64,000 nt of DNA from Eledone cirrhosa. Lineage: Eukaryota. Position 1 is the stretch's first letter. The number at the start of each line of letters is the position of its first letter. The translations under genes were made by a program, and so were the position numbers. Positions 1-14,052 of this stretch are shown piece by piece. Under the pieces are notes generated by a model. It was not told where the DNA came from. It did no database searches and worked only from the letters and a program-made list of their open reading frames with translations. Location of the stretch: contig OZ024748.1 in assembly GCA_964016885.1 (NCBI GenBank), positions 54,622,001 through 54,686,000 on the forward strand, written 5' to 3'.

Positions 1-297
1 ACACACGTTGATGAACACACACATACATATATATCAGAAATGCCATAAGATAGTTTAGAGGGATTTACAAGGCGAAAATCTTCTTCATTTCTTCCATCTG
101 TATTTTTTGGTCAAATATGATAAGCATGTGTTAAGTAGAAAGCTTTATCGATTTCAGATGAATCTATCTTCCTATTAGGTATTTGGAGATGATAACTACG
201 TGCTATGTATCATCTATAGAGTGTAAAGATATTTCATTTACCCCCTGGTATTTAGTGGTAGGTTTGATAGGGATTTTGAAGTGATTGATAGAGAGAG

Positions 298-334
<37 letters not shown>

Positions 335-1027
335 AAAGTTTGGTAGAAATGTCCAAAAGTAAGAACACTTAGTCCATATGTATATACACATATATGCGCT
401 CCGCCATCGATCAGCTCAAGGTACAAATAATAGAAAGGAAAAAGATTTTTTCAGTAGAAAATGCTGAAGAGATTCTTTCAGTGTAATTTATTTATTTATA
501 AAAAGGATATTTCCGCATTTAATAATGGTACCGGTTTCAGCATTATATGCATTGTCAACTGCGGATATGCATAATATAGTTAAGTTCCATATTTATACAA
601 ATAATAATAATAATAAAAAGGAGAAGAAAAATTATTAATTTTTACATACATATTTTGAGCGGAGAGTTCATATCTCTGTCCGTATTTGTCCTTCTTTCTC
701 TCTTAGTTGGCTGACAGAAGTAGGACTTTTGATTTTTTTTCGTAGTCGATCATATTGACTCTAGTACTTATTTTATCTCCTTTTTTTGTGTGAAAATACT
801 AAGTTACAGGAGATGGACACACATACACACAGCTATTATATAGATTTCGTTTATGTTGTAGTACAGAAATATAAGTGTTCAATACTTTGTGTTAGATGTG
901 TGTAAAATATTATATACGTTAAACTACAAGATAAACAATGATCACATAACGAAACCCACGGTTTCTTTCGATTGGTCAATCGATCGCACACGTCAGTCAA
1001 TTTGGAAGCAGTAAGTTGTCTCTAGTA

Positions 1028-1195
1028 CAGGTTTTCCCAAACTTTTTTCAAACATGGAACCCTTTTTGGTTCAGAAACTTTTGGAGGAATCCCAAATTTC
1101 TAATACTGTTATATGGTCGTTATATAAATATACTCTTCTACCTTTTTCACGGAACCACAGACATCCCTTTACGGAACCCATTCTGGGAACCACTG
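1028..1195. mobile_element. hAT (Charlie-like) MITE
   Basis: Imperfect TIRs CAGGTTTTCCCAAA / TCTGGGAACCACTG. Degenerate 8-bp flanks CTCTAGTA / CTCTAATG resemble the NTCTAGAN Charlie target. Internal GGAACC repeats. Confidence 0.65.
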
Positions 1196-1630
1196 CTCTA
1201 ATGTCTAGACTCTAGACAAAAGGTTTATATTATGTGATGTCTCCTGTTATGCTACTTGGGTGCTTTTTATTTATTTTTTATTTTCAAGAAAGTAGTTGGG
1301 GATGTGTCTAAAATGGAATTTTCTTTTGATTAAATAGTAAAACAATTTAGAGCTTCTCTGTCAGACAGAAGCTGCCACAATTTGATCCGTTCTTGTATGT
1401 GTCGCTCGTTTTAGGCTGTGCATGGAATGCAGTATTCGCAACTGTGTATTGATGATTGGGTGAGCAATGTTATATTACTTGTTTTTTGAAGTTTGAAAGA
1501 TCACCAAAGTCAGGAACTTCTGAGTAAACACGAAGTAAAACGTAATTTTGTTGAACACTCAGTCCATGGGACGAGTTTGGTAGAAGTAGTTCCACAACAG
1601 TTAGTTCACCATACCGAGAACATACAGACC

Positions 1631-1671
<41 letters not shown>

Positions 1672-1700
1672 CATACATATCAAATATATGTAAATAATAA

Positions 1701-1844
1701 TAATTGTTTCTACTTTTGGCACAAGGCCAGCAATTACCCAGTGTATTACTGGTACTTTATTTTATCGGCCCTATAAGGATGAAAGGCAAAGTTAACCTCG
1801 GTGGATTTGAACTCAGAATGGCGTCCGACCCTCTACCGATACTG
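1701..1844 (-). mobile_element. tRNA-derived SINE, family 1 (internally deleted)
   Basis: Minus strand has B-box GAGTTCAAATCC followed by GAGGTTAACTTTGCCTTTCATCC...GATAAAATAAAGTACCAGT, shared with about 10 other copies in the window. Confidence 0.85.
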
Positions 1845-1868
1845 AATGATCATTATCATGATGATGTA

Positions 1869-1925
<57 letters not shown>

Positions 1926-2859
1926 CTGAAATCGTATATTGCAGCTGGGTGTACACTCATATTTCCCTCCCATCACAAAATTATTTATTATTTAATTGCT
2001 TTCCTTCAGCCTATCTCTCTGACCCAACTGTCGCGCTATCTACGGGAGATAAAAACGAGATGAGTGAGGCAGGTGGTTGAGTACCAAGCCTCTTGTCAGT
2101 CGCCACCACAAAGACGGACACTAAAACATCACTGGCTACAAACATGTACGTCCGTCACAGAAACTGATTGATTATTTGTCTGGCTCTTTAGGTATTTAGG
2201 TATTGCCTTGTTTACGATATATGAATGTGTGTGTGTGTGTGAATGTGTGTGCGTGTATGTATATTTGTGTGGATGTATGTACCATTTGTCTATTGCTATA
2301 TCTATCTATCTATATACCAAACAACATTTCTCTGGGTCTATCTATACACAAATAAACAGAGTTACACACGCACACGCACACGCACACGCACACGCACACA
2401 CACACGTGTATATTTATAGAGAGATAGATAGATACATAGATAGATATAATTTTCCTTCTCTCTATAGTTAATCATCGTATCCTCCTCTGTCTATAGACAT
2501 CCACACACACGCACACACGCACACACACGCACACACACACACGTATATTTAGAGTGAGACAGACAGCCAGACAGACCGATTGCTAGGCAGAGATAGAAAG
2601 ATTGGTAGAAAGATAGATATAGTTTTCCATTCATGTATAGTCCCCCTCCCCCGCCGTCACCACCACCACCACCACTGTCTGTTTATCTAGCTGTGTAGAA
2701 GAGATAACCATCAGTCCTTATAAGCTATTTATTCACATTACAGCGTCTACCGAAATTAATGACGATATGGTTGACTGCGTTGCCAGTTCGGAAGGAATCC
2801 TACTTTCAAATGCCTATATTTCAAGGATCAGCTGTGATTCATCATTTGAATATATAAAC

Positions 2860-3365
2860 CAAATCACTTCAGGTAGAGCCTCGACTTCTCTGAGTTGAGA
2901 AATCATAGCTCCGATATTATAGGTATGTGGTTAGAATGTCTCATAAAAGAATCAGTAGAGAGTCACTCCAGGTAGAGCCTCGACTTCTATGAGTTGAGAG
3001 GTCACAGCTCCGATATTATAGGCATGTGGTTAGAATGTCTCATAAAAGAATCAGTAGAGAGTCACTCCAGGTAGAGCCTCGACTTCTATGAGTTGAGAGG
3101 TCACAGCTCCGATATTATAGGCATGTGGTTAGAATGTCTCATAAAAGAATCAGTAGAGAGTCACTCCAGGTAGAGCCTCGACTTCTATGAGTTGAGAGGT
3201 CACAGCTCCGATACCATGGGCATGTGGTTAGAATGTCTCAGGAAAGAACCGCTGGACAGATTATGCGGGCGAAACCAACTGGCAACAGGCCCAGGGCAAA
3301 TCTCGGTTGGGGATCCAGCCGGATCAGTAGGAGACGGTTGCTTCTGACAGGACACTTGGCTGCTG
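2860..3365 (+). mobile_element. Decayed RTE-clade LINE 3' fragment
   Basis: Translation QLRYHGHVVRMSQERTAGQIMRAKPTGNRPR matches the RTE C-terminal LRWxGHVxRM...GxRPRGRP motif. Homologous to 28750-29070 (-). Confidence 0.8.
2870..3240 (+). repeat. 99-bp tandem array (~3.8 units) derived from RTE LINE ORF
   Basis: CAGGTAGAGCC recurs at 2870, 2969, 3068 and 3167. The unit translates ISRESLQVEPRLL*VERSQLRYYRHVVRMSHKR. Confidence 0.9.
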
Positions 3366-3739
3366 TTTCTGGCAGGTTATGCGACCACATACGACAACAT
3401 ACCTTAGTTTTATTTGAAACTATTGTTTTTCGATTCCATCTTATTGCCACCTCACATCTTTACCATTTTCCCCTGGCTTCTTTTCACCGCCTCGAGACTA
3501 CCATTCTTTGTCTCTTCCACTTCTCTCTGTCTTCGTCTGAGCCATGTTTTTCTTTCTTTTCAGACATTTTCCTTCTCTCTATCTATTTGTCCGTCCATCC
3601 ATCCATTCATCTTTCATCTCATTCCTATCCCCCCCCCCCCCTGTAAAAACTCCCTAGTTTCTCTCACTCTCTCTAAATCCCTTTTCCTGACTTTTATGTT
3701 CCCGTTTCACATTTTCTTTCTCTCACTTATCTCTTTTAA

Positions 3740-4070
3740 TTTTAACCTCGTAAGTCTCCATTTTTTTCCTTCCTACTACCCTTCCTATTTATTCTTTCTC
3801 TCACTTTCCTCTCACCTTCTCTCTTCCAGCGTCTCTCACCTTCTCTCCCTTCCACCCTCTCTCACCTTGTCTTCCTCTCTCTCTCTCTCTCTCTTTCTCT
3901 CACCCCGTCCCTCTCTCCCTCCATCTCCTCTCTCACCCATCTCCCCTCTCACTCTCCTCTCTCACCCCATCTCCTCTCTCACTCTCCTCACTCAACCAAT
4001 CTCCTCTCTATCGCATCCCACCTCCCTCCTCTCCATCACACCCCCTCACCCTCTCTCTGTACACCTTTAT
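3740..4070. repeat. CT-rich low-complexity tract
   Basis: Nearly pure pyrimidine with CTCTC/CTCAC units. Confidence 0.8.
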
Positions 4071-4562
4071 CCCAGACTGTTCCTCCTTTTGTTTTGCTAC
4101 CTTTATTTAAGATAGAAAGGTGTTTGTTTTGTGAGGAAGCATTAAAATACTGGTACACTGATGAATAGCCGATCAAGAAAATAAATATACCACCACCACC
4201 ACTACCACCACTTCTACCACCACCACCACTACCACCACTACTACCACCACTACTACTACTAAAGTAAGCAAATTACATACAAAATTTAGTCTTGAGAGAA
4301 ATAAAAGAATCTGTTGATTAATTCAAAGGAACTTGTTGCTTGTTGACAGACGAGATAAATTAAAAAGGGGAAATTACATAGAAATAATAGTGTGACACAC
4401 ATACATACATGTGTGTATATATAATATATATACATATACATATACATATACATACAACATGTATATATATATATATATTTGATGGGATGGTGTTCTGTTA
4501 AGAACAGAAAGGGGTCATAATTAGAGTACAGTTCTCAATACACCAGGTATGGCTGTGTAAGC

Positions 4563-4610
4563 TGTCTCTCTGATGATTTCATCACCGAAGGAAACAGAAC
4601 TAGTCATGTA
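4563..4610 (+). ncRNA. Atypical hammerhead-like motif, family B
   Basis: CTGATGA-TTTC-atcacc-GAAG-GAAAC...GTC. The same arrangement occurs near 21085, 39541(-), 40681 and 54383. Stem I is not canonical. Confidence 0.35.
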
Positions 4611-5158
4611 AAAATTACATCTCATTGATATATATATATATATATAACGAAAGATTAACAAGAATTTTAATTAAAGCATTTAATACATTTACGACCGGTT
4701 CGTTTGACTAGAATATTTCATTACACACACACACGCACACATGTAAATAAGGCCGTCAAATGCCCAAACCTTTTCTTAAATATATCTAGCACAAACCCAA
4801 AGGCATCAACGAAATCTGACCGTCAATTGTCCAGACTCGTGGACAAATAAATTAAGAAAATCAAAACCAACTGTAAATTAAGGAACACTTAGAGATCTAG
4901 AGTATCAACACTAAAAATATGGCATAACTACTCCCAATTAATCACTAAAACGATTTATTGTGATCAATCAACCTTCTGAAACGATCGTAAAACAATGAAC
5001 TGATTAAGCACCAATCTTCGCCTTTTGTTTTTATTATTCAACATACACATCTCTGGTAAACCTCTAGTAGTCTTAGCACAGATTATCACTGGCACAGGAA
5101 ATGAAGGACGAAACGGTGATATTTTTGATGTAGAGAAGTCCTTTCTCTCTATAATAAT

Positions 5159-5345
5159 TGTTTCTACTTTTGGCACAAGGCCAACAATTATCCCATTGTA
5201 TTACTGGTGCTTTATTTTATCGACCCCGTAAGGATGAAAGGCAAAGTTAATCTCGGCGAGATTTGAACTCAGACCATAAAGGGCCGTAATTTTTGTTGCA
5301 AAGCATGGCGTCCGGCGCTCTACCGATTCTGGCAATCCATCGCCA
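5159..5345 (-). mobile_element. tRNA-derived SINE, family 1, full length with TSD
   Basis: Complete head, B-box and tail. 17-bp TSD TTTCTCTCTATAATAAT at 5142-5158 and 5346-5362. Confidence 0.92.
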
Positions 5346-6228
5346 TTTCTCTCTATAATAATGGAACGCTAAAGGAAACTCCAAATATTTCATGGTGACT
5401 GGCGAGGTATCTCGCTCGTTTACGACAAGGAAACAGCACAGCTTCTATAATTTGCTCACTGGTAAGGGTACAGGAAAAGTGTAATGCACTAGACAGCAGT
5501 CACAATTCCTGGGCCACACTTGCGGTTGCATCATCCATTGGTGAGGTGGTTGTCCCTGAGCCTTGGCCATCTCCGAAAACAAAAGACGGGATGAGTTTGT
5601 AGATGTTTCAAAATCTCACTTGTTTGTATATCACCGTGTTTGTAGACATAATATTATATCTGATATAGATTTATGTACGTATCTTGATGTACAAACCAAG
5701 TATTCGGTGAAACTTCAAAGTCACTGTAAAAAAAAAATGTAATGAATTTATATTACTTTTATTAATATTAAAGTAATATAAATTCAGTAGAATTGTGCCT
5801 GCTATTTTTGCCCCCACCCCATCTCTCTTTATGTATATATATATATATATCTACATATATATATCTACATATATATATCTACATATATATATCTACATAT
5901 ATATACGTTTATTTCTCTCTCTGTGTATGCATATACATTAGTAAGCATGTATTGATGCACACGTGACTGTATTGCGTTTATATATATATATATCTGTAAA
6001 TGTGGGCCTGTTAGATTAGAGATCTCTACGCAGTATATATATATATATATATATACACACACGAGGGAAACATCACTGTAAATGCATGTATATTAGTGAC
6101 ATTATCATCATCACCATCGTAGGCATGGTTGTATTCGAGAGTTTGTCTGAATTTGTTTAATAAGTTGGGTTTGAGGGAATTGTGTACATAACGTGATTGA
6201 ATATCTAGGAAAGTTCTGGAATGTTGAT

Positions 6229-6498
6229 ATACATACAAACATACATGTATGTGTATATGCATACAAACATACATGTATGTGTATATACATACAAACATAC
6301 ATGTATGTGTATATGCATACAAACATACATGTATGTGTATATGCATACAAACATACATGTATGTGTATATGCATACAAACATACATGTATGTGTATATAC
6401 ATACAAACATACATGTATGTGTATATGCATACAAACATACATGTATGTGTATATGCATACAAACATACTTGTATGTGTATATGCATACAAACATACAT
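6229..6498. repeat. 28-bp tandem repeat (~9-10 units)
   Basis: Unit ATACAAACATACATGTATGTGTATATGC, containing the palindrome ACATACATGTATGT. Confidence 0.85.
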
Positions 6499-6635
6499 AA
6501 TTATATATGTAGCTGTATGCCTACATATATCTGTTACAGACACACACAAACAAACATGTATGTATATTTATATTTGGTGCTTGTTGATGTAAGTATAAAT
6601 ATATCTATTTATGCATAAATATCAATATCAGTGTG

Positions 6636-6639
<4 letters not shown>

Positions 6640-6671
<32 letters not shown>

Positions 6672-7070
6672 AATGTATGTAAATGTGTATGTGTGAACAT
6701 ATATATATGTGTGTGTGTGTGTGTATATACATATATATATATATATACATTCACATATATATACATATATATACACATATATATATGAAAATGTGTATAT
6801 GTGAATGTATATATGTGTATATATATATATATATATACATGTGTGTATATGTGAATGTATATATGTGTGTGTGTATATATATATAGTTCACATATATACA
6901 TTCACATATATATATACATACATATATATATATAAAAATGTGAATATGTGAATGTATATATGTGTATATATATATATACATGTGTGTGTATATGTGAATG
7001 TATATATGTGTATATATATATATATATACATGTGTGTATATGTGAATGTATATATGTGTGTGTGTATATA

Positions 7071-7129
<59 letters not shown>

Positions 7130-7162
7130 TATATATATATAGATTCACATATATACATTCAC

Positions 7163-7196
<34 letters not shown>

Positions 7197-7219
7197 GAAA
7201 ATGTGTATATGTAAATGTA

Positions 7220-7266
<47 letters not shown>

Positions 7267-7330
7267 TGTGTGTGTATATGTGAATGTATATGTATATATA
7301 TACATATATATTATGTGTGTATATGTGAAC

Positions 7331-7368
<38 letters not shown>

Positions 7369-7376
7369 GTGCATGT

Positions 7377-7408
<32 letters not shown>

Positions 7409-7925
7409 ACGCACACATACACACACACACACACGCACACAAACATACACACATATACGCGCGCACACATAGTGAGTGATTGCGAGATAGATGGTGGTGG
7501 CAGTGGGGTGTGGTAGGGGCCCTACATATGTTCGTATGTGTACAGTGTCACATCAACTGTATGAAAAGACCAGTTAGTGTCCATATCTCAGCACATCTTG
7601 CCAACATTCATCACCAGTCTCATTGGAGCCATCTTTTGCACTCTTCTACATATTTTCTTCGTTTATTTATTTTTTTTTGGTTACCTTTTTGTCTTGTTTT
7701 TTTTGGCGATGGTTTTCTTGTTAAACTCTAAGGAGACAAGACTTCACTGAGACTTGTTTTGGTCTCACTATCTGATGCTTGCCCTCTCGATATCTGATAC
7801 TCCTGGTTTGTGTGAATAATATATATATTTATATATATATATACATGTATGTATGCATGTATATATATATATATATATATGTATATATGGATATATATAT
7901 ATGTATGTATATATATATATGTATG

Positions 7926-7960
<35 letters not shown>

Positions 7961-7967
7961 GTACATG

Positions 7968-8008
<41 letters not shown>

Positions 8009-8105
8009 TTGTATGTATTTATATATATATGTATATATGTATGTATTTATATATATAAATATATGTATATAGGTATGTATTTATATATATATATGTATGT
8101 ATTTA

Positions 8106-8139
<34 letters not shown>

Positions 8140-8211
8140 TTTATATATATATATGTATATATGTATGTATTTATGTATATATGTATGTATTTATGTATAT
8201 ATGTATGTATT

Positions 8212-8243
<32 letters not shown>

Positions 8244-8375
8244 TTTATGTATATATGTATGTATTTATGTATATATGTATGTATTTATATATATATATGT
8301 ATATATGTATGTATTTATGTATATATGTATGTATTTATGTATATATGTATGTATTTATGTATATATGTATGTATT

Positions 8376-8409
<34 letters not shown>

Positions 8410-8431
8410 TTTATGTATATATGTATGTATT

Positions 8432-8465
<34 letters not shown>

Positions 8466-8467
8466 TT

Positions 8468-8549
<82 letters not shown>

Positions 8550-8587
8550 TTTATATATATATGTATACGTACATGCATACATGTGTG

Positions 8588-8647
<60 letters not shown>

Positions 8648-8760
8648 TATACAATCACAACTCTATAAATACAAATGCATAAATGCATTTATTTGTTTAC
8701 TTTGTTTTTATTTATGTAGATATGTATATACATACAGACATACTCACACACGCATGCGCA

Positions 8761-8830
<70 letters not shown>
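6640..8830. repeat. Compound (TA)n/(TG)n/(CA)n/(TATG)n microsatellite field
   Basis: Direct inspection. Interrupted by a short unique stretch at about 7480-7815. Confidence 0.9.
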
Positions 8831-8832
<2 letters not shown>

Positions 8833-9529
8833 ATCTATTTGCATAAATTAACGGTCATTGTGTATAAACGTGTAGATATACATTTACATAAATTTACACA
8901 TTCATATCCATATTGCCCCCCCCAACCCCCTACCCCCTACCCCCCTCTCTATTATATATAGTGTGTGTAGCCATGAAGCTTCATCAGTGACATGAGGACC
9001 AAGAACTCCATACTTAAAGTACTTATCAAACACTACGTATTGAACTCTATTTATTTGGGTTTTCACACACACTCACATTCTCACACATGTATATACACAA
9101 GAACGCACGCACACATACTCACACACACACATACATACACTCATATATATATATACATATATATATATAAAAACTCGACTGCCCTACATTTTAATAATTT
9201 ATTTTAAGGATTCTTCCTATTTCCTTACAAATTCTTTCCGCTTGTTTTCGAACAATACCGTTCCTTTGTCTGTATGTATATCAAAGTTTCGAGTCCTTAA
9301 ACCACGTATCTATAGAATCAGATGGGTCATACTTCTAGTTATTGATCACGTACTTACCAGTGGTTACAAACCATCATGGGAATGGTAGATATTAGTGGAT
9401 GTTTGGTTTATAAGTTCCCAATGTTGAAGTATGGCAGTTTCAATTGGTTTCACCTTTGTTGAATCTGTCTTAATATTTGGTTTATACTTTTACAATATCA
9501 CAGCCCCCGTTGTTACTCGATCTGTTTAG

Positions 9530-9770
9530 TATCATATTAGCCAAGGCTTGGCTGCTGATCAGACCGAAGAGGGCAAAATGTCGAAGTATCAGTCGCTCTC
9601 TGATAGGTTTGTGGTGGAGACTTCCAGCGTTCATGGCTCCCGGTCCACCACACTGCTCACTGATATCAGGGTGGAGTCGGCAACCCTCAAGAGAGAGACC
9701 CGCAAGTTTACCTGGTTTGTTCCGGCGTATCTCACTCACTATCCTCCAGGGCAACGTTTCTCCATTCCAC
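9530..9770 (+). mobile_element. CRE-like non-LTR retrotransposon 3' fragment (restriction-like endonuclease C-terminus)
   Basis: AADQTEEGKMSKYQSLSDRFVVETSSVHG...LFRRISLTILQGN (frameshifted) matches the AE..K..KY...AVET.G..G...QR.S..IQRGN motif of RLE-encoding LINEs. Confidence 0.75.
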
Positions 9771-9910
9771 AGAAACCACGAGGTGGACTTACCCTTAAAA
9801 GAGAGTGAAGTTGATTGTCATCATCAGGCGGAGGATGCAGTAGTTATCTTTGAATTTTTAGTTATATAGAGTTTATATAAAGTTTATAAATTCTACATAG
9901 AATGTAACAA

Positions 9911-9966
9911 TAATTGCTTCTACTTTTGGCACAAGGCCAGCAATTATCCCAGTGTATTACTGGTAA
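9911..9966 (-). mobile_element. SINE family 1, 3' tail fragment
   Basis: TAATTGCTTCTACTTTTGGCACAAGGCCAGCAATTATCCCAGTGTATTACTGGTA matches the tails of the other copies. Confidence 0.8.
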
Positions 9967-10246
9967 CTTGCCGACCTTACAAGATATCTCACTGCTTGAT
10001 CTTGTCCAGAATGGGGTATATCCATGTCCTACCCGCCAAAACCCTTTGGCCAAAACCTATAAACATATAATCACAGGACACCCGGCACGGCAAGAACATG
10101 CCCTGCTTTCCAAACGGTCGAAAGCCGTAAGGTCCCCCCCCCCTTCCACGCTGCTCCTACTTCCGTTTATGTGACGTGATTCACCCTTCCGCTTCTTGCA
10201 AGTCCCTCCAGTTCCTGCAGCCTCATGACGTCATATAATACATAAC

Positions 10247-10432
10247 TGTTTCTACTTTAGGCACAAGGCCAGCAATTAACCAGTGTATTACTGGTACTTT
10301 ATTTTATCGACCCCGTAAGGATGAAAGGCAAAGTTAACCTCGGCGGGATTTGAACTCAGAATAGCAAGGGCCGTAACTCTATGCGCCAAAGCATGGCGTC
10401 CGACCCTCTACCGATACTGCCAGTCCACCACC
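10247..10432 (-). mobile_element. tRNA-derived SINE, family 1, full length with TSD
   Basis: B-box GAGTTCAAATCCC on the minus strand. 16-bp TSD TCATATAATACATAAC at 10231-10246 and 10433-10448. Confidence 0.92.
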
Positions 10433-10487
10433 TCATATAATACATAACACCAGGAAGAAACGTTTTTATGATAAAATAGTCTATTCT

Positions 10488-10600
10488 GAGCCAAAGGTTC
10501 ATCAGGCCGGTGTTTATCTCCGGTTTCTTTGGTGTTAAGTGACTGAGAGTACAAGATTCTCCCTGGATATGACGACAGTCTATCTCAGGATTAACTTCCG
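10488..10600 (-). mobile_element. SINE family 2, 3' fragment
   Basis: Aligns by eye to 41903-42010 (GGCCGGTG.TTATC.CCGGTTTC...GACTGAGAGTACAAGA). Confidence 0.75.
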
Positions 10601-11326
10601 TATACTTCAGGCAAGGCCCACCCAGCCTCACAGTGTTTTTGTATGATATTCTAATTATGAGTTTGTGGTTTGGAACGATGCGTGTCTAAAGTGGATTATA
10701 TATTTTAACCTAAAAACAACCACCCTCTCTATACTCGGCTTCCCAACCGTTACAATCACATATTTTTATTACTACAGGCATATTTTATCTCCGACTACAA
10801 TATGCAATGTGTCTTTACGTTCTCTAAAAGGCGCTGGTGCATGAGGTCAAAGATATTTGGCTGCTATTTTTCTTATGGAATGATGGCTGTTGGTGGTCTG
10901 TGGAGGTCAAAGCTGGTCGTAAGTGGAAAGGCGGTCGTTAGCAAATATATTTTAAAGGGAGAAAGTCGCGTTTGGGAGAGATTTATGATACACACACACA
11001 CATATACACACACGCACATATACACACATACATACACAGATATATATATCGATAGATAGATAGATAGATACATAGAGAGTTAGATAATACGTACATACAC
11101 ACATACACACATACACACGAATTATAAATATATTTATATATTCATCTCTCTCTTTCTCTCTCTCTCCCTCTCTCTCTCTCTGTAGAGAGAGAGAGAGAGA
11201 TATGTTTCTGTATCTCAAATGTTTGTTTCTTTTGTAAACATCATGTAGATCGGAATGTATGGTTAATGATATCAAAATGAACTAACATAGATTTAGGAAT
11301 ATATATATACACACATACACACACAC

Positions 11327-11361
<35 letters not shown>

Positions 11362-11683
11362 CCATATGTAAACACACACATATATATATATATATACATA
11401 CATGCCCGTGTGTGTATATATATATATATATATATGTGAGTGAGTGTATGGAATATGTAAATGTGAGTGTGTGAACGTGCGTGTGTATGTGTGTAAATTG
11501 CACTTAAACATAGCTTAGCCTGGGTATTTGTTTCTATAGTATAAACTATGTGTTTATATTTTGTGTGGTTTCCAGCCGTATATTCACACATTTATTTATT
11601 TTGTATCAGTGAACACTAGCTTCGTTGTTTACAGGTTTTCAACGGATTCTTCACAGGTTCACGGCATTGCTGAGGGTGGTCGT

Positions 11684-11717
<34 letters not shown>

Positions 11718-11744
11718 CTCCTAGTCTTCATTAAAACATCTATC

Positions 11745-12040
11745 TAGGAGAAGGTCACTCTGATATATAACCTGCGACTTGGTTTACATCCAATGATGAA
11801 GACCAGTTCTTCCTTTTGGGCAAATACATTCGTGGGACTGGACTCGTGAAAAGCCTTTCTTCACTTACAAAAGCTTTGCGCACAGGAATCGGTTGATATA
11901 TGACATTTCTTGCGATCCATTGTATTGCTGGCCATAGACAAGTCTCTAACAGAACGAAAAAGCCACGTCCGTGATACACTTGCTTAAGTATCAATCGATG
12001 GCATTACTCGAAACCGAGTTGCAGCCATCATCATCATCAT
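11745..12040 (+). mobile_element. Non-autonomous RTE-derived element (5'-truncated copy)
   Basis: CTAGGAGAAGG...CTCTGATAT...ATCCAATGATG... and the terminus CTCGAAACCGAGTTGCAGCC(ATC)n are homologous to 51465-51840. Confidence 0.7.
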
Positions 12041-12070
12041 GTATGTATGTGTGTATGTATGTATGTGTAT

Positions 12071-12104
<34 letters not shown>

Positions 12105-12135
12105 ATGTATAAAAAACAACAATACAATATAATTA

Positions 12136-12205
12136 CCTCATTACCAGAGGTTTCCCGAATAAGGCGAATACGAAAGAAACGTCTTCATTCGTTCGTCGGA
12201 CGAGG
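12136..12205 (-). ncRNA. Degenerate type I hammerhead ribozyme
   Basis: Minus strand: stem I CCTCGT/ATGAGG, core CCGACGA (U4 to C), stem II CGAATGA/TTATTCG, GAAAC-C-TCT-G-GTA. The element ends in (TA)n. Confidence 0.5.
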
Positions 12206-12243
12206 CAATATAAAACATAGCTAAATATTTGGAAAGTCTCCTC

Positions 12244-12328
<85 letters not shown>

Positions 12329-12581
12329 GCACATACCAAATCCACAATGCATTGACGAGTTTGTTATTCGGAAATGGCTGCCGCAACAATAGCACATATT
12401 TCGCGAGTCATCTCTGAATCAGATATTTTCTCTAGTCTTTGTGTTTGCCGTAATACCTTTTATTGATCAACTAATTATGCAATCCGACCCCGATGATGTC
12501 GTCAGGATCTTACGTATCCAGGTCATTGAAATATATATATAGTGTTTTTTTGCAAGGGATATCACAAGTCCGGTCTTCTGT

Positions 12582-12723
12582 TATATATATATATATGTAT
12601 ATATATGTATATATATATGTATATATATATATATATATATGTATGTATATATATATATGTATATATATATATGTATATATATATGTATATATATATGTGT
12701 ATATATATATGTATATATATATG

Positions 12724-12754
<31 letters not shown>

Positions 12755-12755
12755 G

Positions 12756-12786
<31 letters not shown>

Positions 12787-12941
12787 GTATATATATATAT
12801 GTATATATATATATGTATATATATATATGTATATATATATATGTATATATATATATGTATATATATATATGTATATATATATATGTATATATATATATGT
12901 ATATATATATATGTATATATATATATGTATATATATATATG

Positions 12942-12988
<47 letters not shown>

Positions 12989-13161
12989 GTATATATATAT
13001 ATGTATATATATATATATGTATATATATATGTATATATATATATATGTATATATATATGTATATATATATATGTATATATATATATATGTATATATATAT
13101 GTATGTATATATATATGTATATATATATATATGTATATATATATGTATGTATATATATATG

Positions 13162-13240
<79 letters not shown>

Positions 13241-13263
13241 GTATATATATATATGTGTATATG

Positions 13264-13294
<31 letters not shown>

Positions 13295-13303
13295 GTATAT
13301 ATG

Positions 13304-13334
<31 letters not shown>

Positions 13335-13391
13335 GTATATGTATATATATATATGTATATATATATATATGTATATGTATATATATATATG

Positions 13392-13464
<73 letters not shown>
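12582..13464. repeat. (TA)n microsatellite interrupted by TG
   Basis: About 880 bp of (TA)4-7TG units. Confidence 0.95.
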
Positions 13465-13842
13465 GCTGGACGCCACCAGAAGGCGATAGCCCTGGTGTTT
13501 TGCATAACTCTGGCTTTCTAAACGTTTATCCCTAAACATACCATACTTCATTAGAAATACAAAATTTCCATATATATCTGTATACAACTATGCATGAAGC
13601 TATATCCTAATTCTATTATATATATATATTGACAGTTATTAAATATATAAATTAATAAATAAATAAATCAATGCTATTGTTAATTAATAAATAAATTAAC
13701 TAATACTTAACACTACACACAAAGTAAAATATTTGTTTTAAACATTTTCTCTACCCAGAAAAAAGAGAAATAAAGGAAAAAAAAAAATTTTCCTTCCTAA
13801 TAATCGTTTTTTCTCTCCCTATTTACACACACAACCTACACA

Positions 13843-13942
13843 CATACATACATACATACATACATACATACATACATACATACATACATACATACATACA
13901 TACATACATACATACATACATACATACATACATGTATGTATG
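13843..13942. repeat. (CATA)n microsatellite
   Basis: Direct inspection. Confidence 0.9.
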
Positions 13943-14016
13943 TAAAGGTAAACAGAAATAACAACACAATCGATACAGTATATATTAGGTTAACGCTTGA
14001 TATAGCAGGAAGAGGG

Positions 14017-14052
14017 TCTTAACGTTTCGGACGCTAGTCCTTCAACAGAAGA
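14017..14052 (-). ncRNA. Minimal hammerhead ribozyme, family A (core variant CTGTTGA)
   Basis: Minus strand TCTT-CTGTTGA-A-GGAC-tagc-GTCC-GAAACGTT-AAGA. Flanks (13943-14080) are homologous to 20925-21035 and 29521-29610. Confidence 0.6.

Noticed and set aside
5390-5580. Possible host exon (ACTG|GTAAGG donor; 41-codon minus-strand ORF)
   Set aside because: No recognisable protein or partner exons. It is more likely a decayed LINE scrap.
12485-12545. Further hammerhead-like remnants (12485-12545, 14345-14415, 26473-26550)
   Set aside because: The core boxes are mutated and stem I is weak. They may be decayed relatives but are too degenerate to call individually.
12493-13587. Long Tyr/Ile-rich ORFs here and at 6-9 kb, 26.5-27.5 kb and 45-49 kb
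   Set aside because: Artefacts of (TA)n/(TG)n microsatellites.
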